The notes beneath the pieces are model-generated. The model was not told the DNA's origin and did not search any database. It was given only the letters and a program-made list of their open reading frames with translations. 64,000 nucleotides of DNA from Sphaerodactylus townsendi. Its lineage: Eukaryota. Positions 12,335 to 24,800 of this stretch are shown here, in pieces. Positions within the stretch are counted from its first letter, which is position 1. Every line of letters begins with the position of its first letter. The position numbers and the translations under genes were made by a program. The stretch is from NCBI RefSeq assembly GCF_021028975.2, contig NC_059431.1, positions 94,612,001 to 94,676,000 of the forward strand, given 5' to 3'.

Positions 12335-15194
12335 TCTGTCTTCCACAACTTTATTTATGTATTTATTTTATTCAAAAAATGAACTGGCTTTCTGCCTTCA
12401 CAAGGCCACCAAGGAGACTAAGAAATTAAAACACACATAATAAAACCACATTTAAAAACCATTCATCTCCACAACATCTCTGAGATAGGTTAGGCTGAGC
12501 TTTGTTTATTTGTTTTGTGAGTGAGCATCCATTGCAAAGTGGATACTGGAATCTGGCCCTCCCAGGTTCTAGTTTGACACTCTAATCAGGATATCATACT
12601 ATCCATATGCATATAGGATACCCCAATATGGGTGGAGTACTAGCATGCTATCTAGAAAGCAAACATTTAGTACACATGCCATCCAACTTGTGTGTAACAA
12701 GAAGCTGCATATGGAAACTTTTGTATATAATTGTTAAAATGTGGAGATCTGACCTCATCTCTTGCCTTGCAAACCCTCTGGGTTTGATATAAATCAGCTA
12801 CAACTTGACAGCACTTTCTACCTTTACAACTAGTAAATCCAAATTTGTCTAAAGCAGTGATAGAATTTAGTAAGCAGGTAAGACATTTCTGGGTACTTCT
12901 TATAGCAACAAAATCCAAATATTTATTCCTTAAATATTCCTTTAAAATTATTATTACCACATGTTGCAGGCATCCCCATTTTGAATATATGCAGTTTCAA
13001 GTTTGTTTCTTCAAATTCATTCTAGTGCTATTTGAGAATGTTTGTGTCTATTTCCCACTTCCAAAACCTTGCCAAACATACATTTTTATGTGAAAGCCAA
13101 GTTTCATGGTTAGAAAATTGACTTAGGACTGAGGAGATCTGGGTTGAAATCCCCAGAGATGAATCTCACTAGGTAACCTTGGGCTATTCACAGTCTCTCT
13201 CCCAACCTAACGTACCCCATAGAATTGTGCAAATAACATTGAGCAGAAAACTGTGAATGCCGCCTTCAGGTCCTTTGAGGAAAAGTAGGATAAACATGTC
13301 CAATTTGGCTGGCTTATTATGTGATGCCTAAGAAACTGATTCTGTTTTTTGTGGGTGAAGAAACGTTGTTAACAAGTCCTCAAGTATAAAGACTGTTTTC
13401 CTCATATACATGTTTTTTCATACAGCAGCTTTTGGGTGGGGGGGGAGATCCATGACCTGGCTTCTACACATGCTAAGAATATGACTCCCCCCCCATCTCT
13501 TTGTCCCCCTGGACCCACCTCTGGAATCTGAAACATCAATTTTGAAAGTGCTTGGTCAGTATATCAAACAAGGGGACCATGGTTTAGAGGTAGAGCATCT
13601 ACTTGGTATTCAAAAAGCCCCAGAGTTAATGCCTATGTCTCCAGTTTAAAACAGGATCTGGTAGTGGATGACATGAGAAACCTTCCAGAGCTCTGATAAC
13701 ACTGACCTTGACAGACCAGTGGTTTAACTGACCAAGGATACATGGAGCTTCATGTGCTCAGGTAATAGAAGCAGGAAAAACAGAAGGGGGGTGGGGAATC
13801 TGTAAGCCCCTAGATCTCATGGCTCTTTCCATTGAGACTTGTTCATCTTTATGCAGATGAAATTCATAATCAATAAGAGGGAACACAAAGGTTTTGAAAA
13901 CTTCCATCTGTCACCCATCTCATTAGTTTTGTGAAAACGCTGAATGGAAGCTCATGTGCCTTTCAAAGCTACTTCATAGAGAACAAAACCAAAATGGAAC
14001 GGACAACAAGGGACCGAATTGCTCTCAACATTTAATAAACATGATTCTTTGATGTTCAGAGCCTTTTGCTAAAGACAGGGGAAATGGCAATTTAATTGCT
14101 CAATTACTTTCACAGTTCTAGCACTGTTCTGTTGATTAGTCCATCACTGGGAAGAAATGTGTGACTAGGCTTTTAAAGAAATACTATTTGTTACATTTGA
14201 AAGATTTAAAAGTTATTGAATTTTCTTTTGAGCGGTAAGAATCAATGACCATTGAGAAAAGATAAACGTTTACAAAATGTGTTCATCATTCTGTATGGAA
14301 ATGTATTTTATACACCCAGATTCATTTTCAAACTCAAACACCCCCAAACTTAATGGATGATACATTTGCTAGAATGTATTTAATTTTTATAAAATTCACA
14401 GGCAGTGACAGTGTAACCCTACACAGAGTCACACTCTTATAAGTCCAATTAAGTCTATGAGTTTAGAAGGGTATAATTCTACATAGGACTATACTGTGCT
14501 TAGACTCTATTAGACTAGATCTAGGAAACTGAGGTTCAAATTCCCACTCTTCCATAGAGGCTCAATTGGGTGACTTTGGACCAGTCAATCCCTCAGCCCA
14601 ACGTACCTCACAGAGTTGTTGCTTTGAGAATAAAATGGAGGAAGGGAAAATGATATTGTAAGCTGCTTTGGGTGCCCACTGAGGAAAACAGTCGGCTACA
14701 AGAATTTAAATAAATAATTTCAGAGCGAACAGTGAGAACTTCTAATAATCTTTGTCCATTTTCTCTAGAAATCATCATACTCTTTTGTAGCATATTTATT
14801 CCTTTTCTTTGCAAACAAACATTTTCCCTGCACCCATTTCCCAGCATTCTCATGGTGCTGCTGTTTGTTCCCAAGGAATGGCTGTACAAGTTATGACCCA
14901 GCAGCTCTGACTCCTGAAATCCATTTATAGAAATGGATCTGCATGGGCTGGGCTATCCCCAGAAATACAGGGTCTGCCTTGGGCAAAAAAAAAAGGCTTC
15001 ATATTGATAAGGGAAGAGCACTTCCTGAGACCATTAAGATTGTTCAGAGCAGGTGAGGATGAGCAGCCGTTTTTGGTTTTGGAAAATGTGATTTCATCAC
15101 TCAGAATATGGGCTCTCATCTCATTGTCTACTCACACATAGCTTTTTGTTTTAACTGCTTCTGTCCTATGATCTTTGTGATTTTTTTCAGATGC

Positions 15195-15376
15195 AGGTGG
15201 GCAGCCATGTGTGCCTGAAGCAGCAGGAAAAAAAGTTTGAGTCCAGTGGCATCTTTAAAACCAACCAAGTTGTATTCTTGGTATAAGCTTCGGAGAAGAG
15301 TGTATGCACATGAAAGCTTATACCCAGATTAAAATTTTGTTTGTTTTAAAGGTGCCACTGGACTCAAACTTTTTTT
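15195..15376. mobile_element. Second Penelope-like inverted terminal remnant
   Basis: Inverted arms AAAGTTTGAGTCCAGTGGCA...TATAAGCTT / AAGCTTATA...TGCCACTGGACTCAAACTTT around a decayed GAAGAGTGTATGCACATGAAAGCTTA. Confidence 0.6.
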
Positions 15377-15460
15377 CTGCTTTTTTCAGACTTTCACTCC
15401 ATTGTAGATTGTATAGGGGCAGCTAACTGGGAACCACAATAGTAGGCTCCACTTAGTGTA

Positions 15461-15492
15461 TTCATTCATTCATTCATTCATTCATTCATTCA
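15461..15492 (+). repeat. (TTCA)n microsatellite
   Basis: 8 consecutive TTCA units. Confidence 0.9.
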
Positions 15493-18400
15493 AAGATCTG
15501 TACAGACTTTCAAATGTAATTTCCAGTTACCATTTCTTTTGGGTCAAGACATTGTCTTTTTGTGCTCAGTTAAGTAGTGTGCACATTGACAGCATAGCAT
15601 AGTTCTTTTTTTTAATCAATGCTACATGCATACCTGTGCTATTATGGTTTGTGATGGGATGATTAGCTCATGGTTGGAATACTTGTAGAACTGACACAGG
15701 CCTTGAAAGAAATGTGTATAGGTGAGGGGCAGAGTCCATATATCCATTTTCTATTCCCCTCTCCGTAGGTAATTCACATAATCTGAAGTTGAGAAAATGA
15801 CTTTTTGAAGAATAATCGCAAGTCTGCAGTGTCAAATGTGCTACTTCCATCATAGCACATGGACAAACTTTGCATGTTGCTGATTCCAGCTTGAGAAACT
15901 CCTGGAAATTTGTGGGTGGTAGCTGGAAAGGGCTCGGTTTGGGGGAGGAAAAGTACTCATTGAGGATTGGTGCCACGGAGTCCACCCTCCAAAGTTGCCA
16001 TTTTCACCAGAACTGATCTCTGGAGTCTAGTGATCAATTTGAACTCCAGGAGAACTCTAGTCCTCACTTGGAGGTTGGCAGCCCTAACATATGTTCACAC
16101 ATGTATTCACGCCTGAGAACTGGGAACACAGCAAGTAGCTTCTGCCACTGTCCCACTCTCAAAACATCTTCCTGCTTTCTCAGTAGAATCTGGGACTCTT
16201 CCGTGCATGCATAAATATCTGAAGAAGCCTTACAGTAAGTTAGACCATTGGTCAGTGAAGGTCAGCATCGTCTACTGTGTCTGGCAGTGACTCTCTAAGG
16301 CCTTAAGCAGAAGGTCTTTCATGTCACCCATCATTCCAGTCCCTCCTCATTCCAATCCAAACTAACCACACAGCTATTCCTCCACATAGGTTCCGCAGCC
16401 CTGGGAATGGAGTGGTCAGATTGAAGGTACCAAGAGAAATGGGGGGAAACTGTGGTATCTAATATTGCTCTCTTTTTTATTTGCTATCAAGGGGGAGCTG
16501 ACATGCCAACCCCACAGGATTTTCAAGGCAAGAGTGTTCAGATGTAGTTTGCCATTGCCCATCTCTCTGTATTATTCCTGGAATTTGTTTGTGGTCTCCT
16601 GTCCAAATACTGACCTGGGCCAATCCTACCTAGCAGTCAAGATCGGGCTAGCATGAGCTGTCCAGGTTAGGGTGAAGAAAATGTGTACGCATTTCAGTGC
16701 TATCAAGTCACAACTTCCTTATCACAACCCTGTAGGGTTTTCAAAACAAGAGTTGTTCAGAAGTGGTTTGCCATTGCCTTCCTCAACCTATCATCCCTGG
16801 TATTTCTTGATGGTCTCCCATCCAAATATTTACCAGATTAATCTACATATCCTCCATTTTCTAACGTTTTGCTACTATGACATTCTTTCTAGCTTTGTAG
16901 AAACAGTCATTCTCATGCTTCCCTGAAGATATCTCCTAGTTGTAAACTATGGCTGACCTCTGGTGGAAATGGTTGGGATTTCAGCTGATTATTTTTTTCA
17001 TAGTAAGACTGGAGAGAGTTGTCAAACTTCTCTTTCCTTTTATAATATTATTTGTGTGGGTATACACATAGAGACAGACTGACAGACATGATATGATATG
17101 ATACGATGGGAGGTGTCTCAATGGAGAGCATATCTTTTGCCCCTTGCCATCTCTTTTGCATACAGAAAGTTCCAGGTTCAATCCCCAGCATCTCCAGTTA
17201 AAAAGACCAGATAGTATGCCATGTGAAAGACATGTGCCTGAGCTTCTGAAGAGTCACTGCCATCAAAGCAGACAGTGCTGACCTTGATAGTTGAAAGGTC
17301 TGGCTCAGTAGGAGGCAGATTCATGTGCTCATATGTGCTCAGATCTTGCTTTTGGGCTAGGTAATAATAACAAGTGTTTATGTAAGTGTTTTAACTATTT
17401 CAACAGGCCTGGAGGAGACAATCACTATCTATAGAGATTAGGTTCTAGATTACCAGGGTATTTATGAAAGATCCACACAATTATAATTTTTTGCTCTAAC
17501 CAGAATGGTGATTTGCAATAACTCTCAAGAATGGACATTTACAGTGTAATTAATCAAAATACAATGCAAATATTAGGAATATAAAAAATCCTGTGTTGTT
17601 CTGAATGTTTTCATTGATGGACGGGTGCAGGCTGGCCATTTCGCTTACAAGGAATGTTCCCGGTGAGCCACTTGCCCTAAGGGTCACTGGCAGCCAAGAG
17701 TAAGCAGAGTTAAACAAGCCGATACCCTTGGCTACCACCACCACCTCTCCGGTCTGCTGATGCCTGCAACGCTAACTGCCCTGCAGCAGCTGCCCATCAA
17801 AGCTTAATAACAGCTGTTGTGGGGTTGGAGAAGGAAGAATCGATAATAATGAACACATGTAATACTAAATATAACAAAAAAGAACAAAATCTTTTGCACC
17901 AATATGAAATGAAGAAAAGCGAGCACACCCCTAATGAATAGAAAGGGGGTTCAAAGCCAGTGTTATATATCTCATTTCAATATATGGATTTGAAGGGAAT
18001 ATAGGGATTTGAAGGGAGCTTGGAACACTTTCTAGTGCTGTACTGTGTATAGTTACTCCATAAAAAGAAAAGGAAGAAGAGTTTGCATTTATACCCCCCT
18101 TTCTCTCCTGTAAGGAAACTCAAAGAGCCTTACAATTTCCTTTCCTTTCACCCCCAGCAACAAACACCCTGTGGGGTGGTTAGGGCTGAGAGAGCTCCGA
18201 AGAGCTGTGACTAGCCCAAGGTTACCCAGCTGGCATGTGTTGGAGTGCACATACTAATCTAGTTCCCCAGATAAGCCTCCACAGCTCAAGTGGCAGAGCA
18301 GGGAATCAAACTCGATTCTCCAGATTAGAGTGCACCTGCTCTTAACCACTACACTACTCCTGCTCCTTAAGCAGTGTTAGTATTTTTAAGATTGTACTGT

Positions 18401-18711
18401 TATTCATGGATGACATGTAGCAAATCTAAAGCAACCTATTCTGTTATTATGACATCATTACACCATCATGTCTAACTCACCATTAGATCCCTATTATGAC
18501 ATCACATCCTGGATACGTGAAGCAAACCTCCACTCACCACAGAAGTGTACTGGAATCACAGAATAGGAGCATTGATATTGGCCCACTGAAAGCAGGGATT
18601 TTATTGCATGTTTCAATTTTTCTTGTATTGAGTTTCATGAGTCGGATTAATTTAAAAGAAACCAAGAGATTTCTCGTGTAGTGTGACAAGTTGCATTACA
18701 CTCTCTCAGAA

Positions 18712-18821
18712 ATGAGTGGCAAACGCTCTGTGCGCCGAAGTCCACCAACCCAAGAAAGTTCAAATGATCCTGACTGTACACCCAAAGGGCCAATAGGATC
18801 AGGCACATTACGGACAAACAG
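18712..18821 (+). CDS. SUN-like gene, probable first coding exon (MSGKRSVRRSPPTQESS...)
   Basis: ATG in AAATGA context, open frame, AG|GTAGAG donor in phase 2, which matches the phase-2 acceptor at 20428. Confidence 0.65.
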
Positions 18822-21800
18822 GTAGAGAGACTGGTTCATATTTTTTTTCTGATGAAATAATAAAATGAAATGGAGTCTAAGGTTATAGGAGGCAAAGCTC
18901 ACATGTACAACTATGAGAATGTAGATATCTAATCAGGGTTAACATGCCGTAGCTGGCATGTGGAAAGTTGGTTGGCTTTTATGTCCTTTTAAAAGGTAAG
19001 TGGTGTCCAGCTTTATGATCTGTTGCTTTTGTATAGTACAACTTGAGGAAATGTTACAGATGATCAGTAAGTTATGTGTTAATTATTCCACATACACTTT
19101 GGTAAGTTATCACTTGGAAAATGGCCAATGTGTATTCAGCTGACATTGTCTATACCTCTTTTTTCATTATTTAAATCAGTGGTCTTTGACCAGTGTGCTA
19201 GTGACTTTAGAGTTATTTAGAAGTTTATCAGGATTTCTTAGGTGAAAAGATTTGTCATGGTGAGCAAAAACAAAAGCTTTACCACAATGTGCAACTGCTA
19301 GGGTTTGTTGGGGGCATTCTGTGAAGGTCTGGGGTAAAGCCCCTATAGCAGAGTAGCGCAATATACTGGAACACAGTAGGAAGTCAGACGCACACAGAAG
19401 CTCAGCTTCACAGAAGCGGTCCTACTTTTATTAGTTCACAAGTATAGCTCACACAGACAAAGTGCTCCGCCAGGCAGTGCGAAAACAAGTGTCTCACAGA
19501 TCTCAGTACACTGCAGCCTTATATCTGGTTTACTGGCCAATCACAATCCTTTACCAATTAAACCCAGAATGAGGCTGTGACATGTGATACCTGTCAGCTA
19601 GCTGTCAGTTAGATTTTGATGATCAGACACCAGTTACAACAGTGCTCTGACATATTCTAGGATGCACTCTTTGATAGTTTGACATTTGGGCCATCTCTCC
19701 AGGTCAGATGAATGGGCCCTAGAATCCTCTGCAGCTCACAGGGATTTTGTCTTTAATACACAGAGATTCTTCAGCTAAGGATCTCTTGATCACTAGAACT
19801 AGAGCTTTTCATCTAGCTACCTTATAAACAGAACTGCTGTCATATTACAAATACTGAGGTGACCAACTGAAATAATTCTGTAAACCATATTGTTACATGT
19901 GTCACTTTTACATTGAACAGACCAAAACCCATCTGAGTCAGAGAAATACAGCCACTCAAGTTTTAATAGCAAGGATGGACTGATGTAGCCCAGTAAGAAA
20001 TCAAAATATAGTTGGTGTTCGTCACATAAAATCCTAAGACCAAATGTGGTTATGAAACCAACTCCAAACCATGGTTTCAGGCCCTTGTTTGACCGACCTC
20101 AAGTAACCATAATTAGCAGAGAGATCTGCATTCAGCCAGTCACGCTAACCACATTTTCCTTAAACCCTATTTTTATGTGATGTCTACAGTGAGCCATAAA
20201 GTGACAAGGCCATTAGTACTTCTCGTGTCCCCAAATGATGTTGAAAGCAGCAGCTTCCCTTTTTTCCCCCAGCTAACAGGACTTCTAAAGAATTTGAAGG
20301 ACATATTTTCCCATTGGAGGAGACATTTTCTAGTTTCCTTGAAATTCTGCATGCTCTTTGAGAAATTTCAGACATGTTTCTTGGAGGTTACTAGGATAAT
20401 CTGCAGTTGTTGTTTTTTAATTTTCAGGTTTTATTTGCGTAGTTGTGTGGGAAGCAACTCTACATCTTCTGCTACATCATTTAGCCAAACATCTTCAAGC
20501 ACGGAAGAAAGACAGGAAAATAGTGGTAAAGTCAAAAGTGTTTGACAACTTTTTAAAAAAATTAACCCCGTAATGGTGCTTTGTGGGGTGGGTGCAGCTT
20601 GGAAAAGGAACGTAGTTCACGATGCCCTGTACGTTAGACCTGCTTTTAAAACAACAGTTTAGTTTATTTACAGTAATTGACCAGCAACGTTACAAAAAAT
20701 AAAATCAACAAGAAAGCAATTACAGAGTATTTATAGATATCATCTATCATTGATCAGAGATTTCTTCAGTCTGCTAGCAATATAGCAGAACTTCAACACT
20801 ATATAAGAGATGGTAGTATCTTCATCCTCAAGCAAGCATTTTGTAAAGGCATCATCAACAACTCTAGAAAGCCTAGACAACCGTGACAAAATTAAGTGGC
20901 TCCTAGAATCCTGGTAGAATTCACAATGAAATAAAACATGAGCAGTCATCTCAGTTGCTCTGGAATTACAAGGTCACAATTGACCCTCCATAGGCAGGTG
21001 CTAAAATCTCCCACTAAGCCAGGCCAATGGGAGAGCTTTTAATCAGGCTCTTGAGCCACTAATGAGCTATTGCCTGCTGGCATTGATATCTCCTCAGATG
21101 TTCATTGGTAGCAAGAATGAAAGAAAGAGTTGAAAGTAGATTTTTTTAAAAGTGAGACACATTTGAGACTCAAGAATGAAAGTGGTGACTTCTGGCTAAT
21201 GAGATGGCCTTTCTTTGACAGGTGGCTCACTTGTCAGAGGACAATTGATGTTTGCCAGAGAAGTCATTGCAAGGGAATCCAGTTCTACCACCACCACGTC
21301 ACCAGGCCTGAACACAACTGTGTGTGCTCGAATGAAAGTGCTAAGTATGTTTTTTGCTTTGTTTCCCTGAATGTACCTAAATGCCAGGACTAAGTCTTCC
21401 CCCTTGACATCAGGGGTCGCTCTGTCTCCTACTGAAATAAAGCCCATCGAGACCTTTTCCATACTGCTATCTAGCTTGTGGTTTGCTCTGCCAAGAGACT
21501 TCCTTAATCTGCTTTCTTCATCAGGTAAAAAGAAATATGTATGAAAAAAAGCATTCCCACCACTGGCCCATTTGCTTGCTATTACAAATCACTCCTGTAT
21601 GATATTGGTTTAATTGTTTCATTTGGTTTCATTGGGTTAGCCTGTTTAGTGATGTGGTTAGGTAAGTTTTGTCTAATAGGTTGCTCACTTTAATGCTTGC
21701 AGTGCAGTCCCAAGCAGAGTTACACTCTTCTAAACCCCACTGACTTCAAGGAACCTAGAAGCATGGTTACTCTGTTCTAGGACTCCACAGTTTGTCACTG

Positions 21801-24800
21801 GGAAGCACAATCTGGAAGAGGGCTGCATCCTCTGAAGCAGGGAGACGTGGTGGATGACCACAGTGGAGCTTATACATATAATCAATGCAATTAATTAAAA
21901 GCAGCTCCTATGTTACAAAATAAGTAATCTGCCTCCTTAATAGCTCATGCTGCATGACCTTTAGCGGCAGAGGACTGTAAAAATGTCGAGCGGTATCCAA
22001 GTAGACCTGCTGCCAAAACTAAAAAGTTGGAGTTGTGATCAGATCTTGCAGATGAGTCCCGTCTGAATTTTGATCTTCTGGGCAATTATAAAATACGACA
22101 TACTGTTGACAAACCAAGCAAAGAAAATTATGCTTATGCAAGTGTGTATTCTCACAATGCCTGCATTCTTGTGTAGAATCTTTTTGCCTCAAAACACTTT
22201 TATTTTTGTGATATTGTAATTCTACAGCCGCCCTCCCCCCCAAAAAAAACCAGGAACAAGAATGGCTCTGTGTGGCAATTTGACTTGAGTAAAGCCTTTG
22301 TGGCAATTTGACTTGAGTAAAAGGGTATTGAACAAAAATATAGGTAGCCTTTAAATTAATAAGTGATTTTTAAATGAACTGATAAACAGCTGGTGCTTGG
22401 ATAAGATGGCAAAAGCTATCTGGACATTTTTTATCCTAATTTGTTATACTGATTAAGGGGGAAAGAACCCCAGTGTCAAAATCAGTAGGTTTGGGATGAG
22501 GAATCCCTGCCACAGATGCTTTTCTGTTTACAGAAAGCAAACTAAAATGAGGAGTGGCTGTACTTTGGAGACATGGTTTACTAATGTACAGGTGACAGTG
22601 CTCTAATAGGGCAAAGTTGTTGAGTCACTTCTCTTTTTTAAAAACATTTATTTATTAGTATAATGTAAACCGATAAGGTAAACAAGAATATAACAAAAAG
22701 AAGCTTAACAAGTATTACTGCCACATACGAAAGTTAATAGCAAAATTTATATACATATTCAATTGATGTCACTTCTCTATGTATTGTGTTGAAAAAATAC
22801 AACTAGGGGTCCTTTTTTATCCCAAAATTTTTTGTGGGTATTTCAGAATTGGCAGAGTAAGGGCAATACTATGAAAATGGAAATTGTAGATTATGGTAGC
22901 TGTGAGGTGGGATGAAGCTCTAAACAACTGCCTTCTAGTTAGCAGAATGTCCAGTCCCCATTCTGGCCTCTCCTATAGATTTTTTAAACCCAACTTCCTA
23001 CAATCAAGTTTTGATTATAGGATTGGAAGTGTGCAAACTCTGTGCTCCCCAAAGGTCTCTTATTTGGAAAATGGATAGACTAAGGCACTTTCTGCAACAT
23101 ATCTTGCTGTCAAATGATACATATTTTTCTTTTAGTTCATTACTCCCTACCCCCTCTGTCTGGTTCCAAAAAAGGTTTCCTTTGTTGTTTTCCTGAGAAT
23201 TTTTACCACAATGTTTTTCGATCAGTTTCTGAGCCAGCTTTCCTCAAGTGTATGATCATGTTGAAACCATCTCTGTTTTCCGCCTCATGAAACATCTGAC
23301 CGTTATCTTTGCCCCCATGTAATCACCCAACCTTCCCTTCAGCCATTTTCTCCTCCCACTCCCCCTCCATTTTCAAAAGGATTTTTTTAAAGTATCTATT
23401 ACATTAGTGATCAAATGTAAGGGCTTGGACAAACCCTGGTCGATTGAATCAGCTTTGTCTATTTCATCCTGAGTGAGCAATGTCATCTTTAGGCAAAGAT
23501 ATTCTGAGTCCACAGTTAGGAGCAAGTGAAATTGTGAGAGATCTGATCAGTGGTGGGATCCAAAAATTTTAGTAACAGGTTCCCATGGTGGTGGGATTCA
23601 AACTGTGGTGTAGCGCCAATGGTACTGGGCGGGGCACAATGGGGGCGTGGCCGGGGATTCCGGGGGTGGGGCATTCCTGGGCGGGGCTGTGACAAGGACG
23701 CAGCCGCTACGCCGATCCTTGGGTGGGAAACGAATGCACGCAGGCACAGGCTACCACGCACACTGGGGCACCTCCTGCTAGACTGCTTCAAGTTCTGCGC
23801 GCTCCTGCTGAGAAGAGGGGCGTAACTAAGGCAAAAATCACGTGGCAAAATCACCAATTAGTAACCCCCTCTCGGCACACACAAATAATTAGTAACCTAC
23901 TCTCGGGAACCTGTGAGAACCTGCTGGATCCCACTTCTGGATCTGATCCCTACTCCTGTGAATCTTGCAAGCTGACCTTGGAGTAGGCACATTCTCCTAG
24001 CCTCATCTACCTCGTACAGTGATTGTAAGGCAAAAATAGAAAAGGAGAACAATGTCTTCTGCTGGGGTAAACATATGTTAAATAGACAGACATGAAATTG
24101 CAAATCATCCATACACAGGTACAATGATAGCATGGCAAAGTGACCCATAAGCATAATGTAAAGAACGCTCTTTTATGCTCTCGAGTCTGAAACCTGCTGA
24201 AGAAATGCCTGCATTTTCAAATGATGGCATAAGCTCACGCCAGCCCAAAGCCAGACTGGTCCAGTGTCAAAAGAAGTACACTCCATTATTCTGAGGCCTG
24301 TGAGGGGAAGTACCAAAATGCCTTGTGACTGAATTGTTTGTTGGTTTGTTTTGTTCTTGCCCCAGGAATCATATACAGTGCGACTATTCTGTGCCTGCTC
24401 CAAAGAGCTTATTTCTGTGCAAAGTAAGTATGAACATGACATTTTTCAAGATTGCTTTTGGAATAAAAATTGAACCCCAATACCCAGTTTGGCAAGAAAA
24501 GCCAGAATAGCAGAGCCCTTGCCAGAAAATTATTTTGGAGAAAAAGAAAACATGTTACACAGGCAGGTATTTTTTTCACAGAGAAGAATCAAAGCCGGGT
24601 AAACAGCTTTCAAACTGGCATTTCACTTATGCTAGCAGCTGCCTCCATTTGACAACGTATTCAGATAAAGCAGTCCTGAGGAGGAGAAGAGATGTATATT
24701 GTAGCCATGCCACTACAAAATCAGGGAAAGCCATTCTCACACAAGCCTCCCCTCAAACTATTGTTTATTAATGATGTTTGCTGTGGGAAATAAAAAAGAC

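Noticed and set aside
18445-18506. Two TGACATCA CRE-like sites upstream of the SUN start codon (possible CREM targets)
   Set aside because: TGACATCA recurs in local repeats (for example near 5391 and 61040) and the TSS is unknown, so support is insufficient.
22271-22321. 28-bp tandem duplication (also a 12-bp duplication near 9839 and a short dispersed duplicate at 41279-41385)
   Set aside because: Ordinary slippage-type duplications with no further structure.
23516-23986. ORFs duplicated at 57936-58433, looking like a two-copy gene
   Set aside because: They lie inside two copies of a non-autonomous hAT element with TIRs and a TSD.
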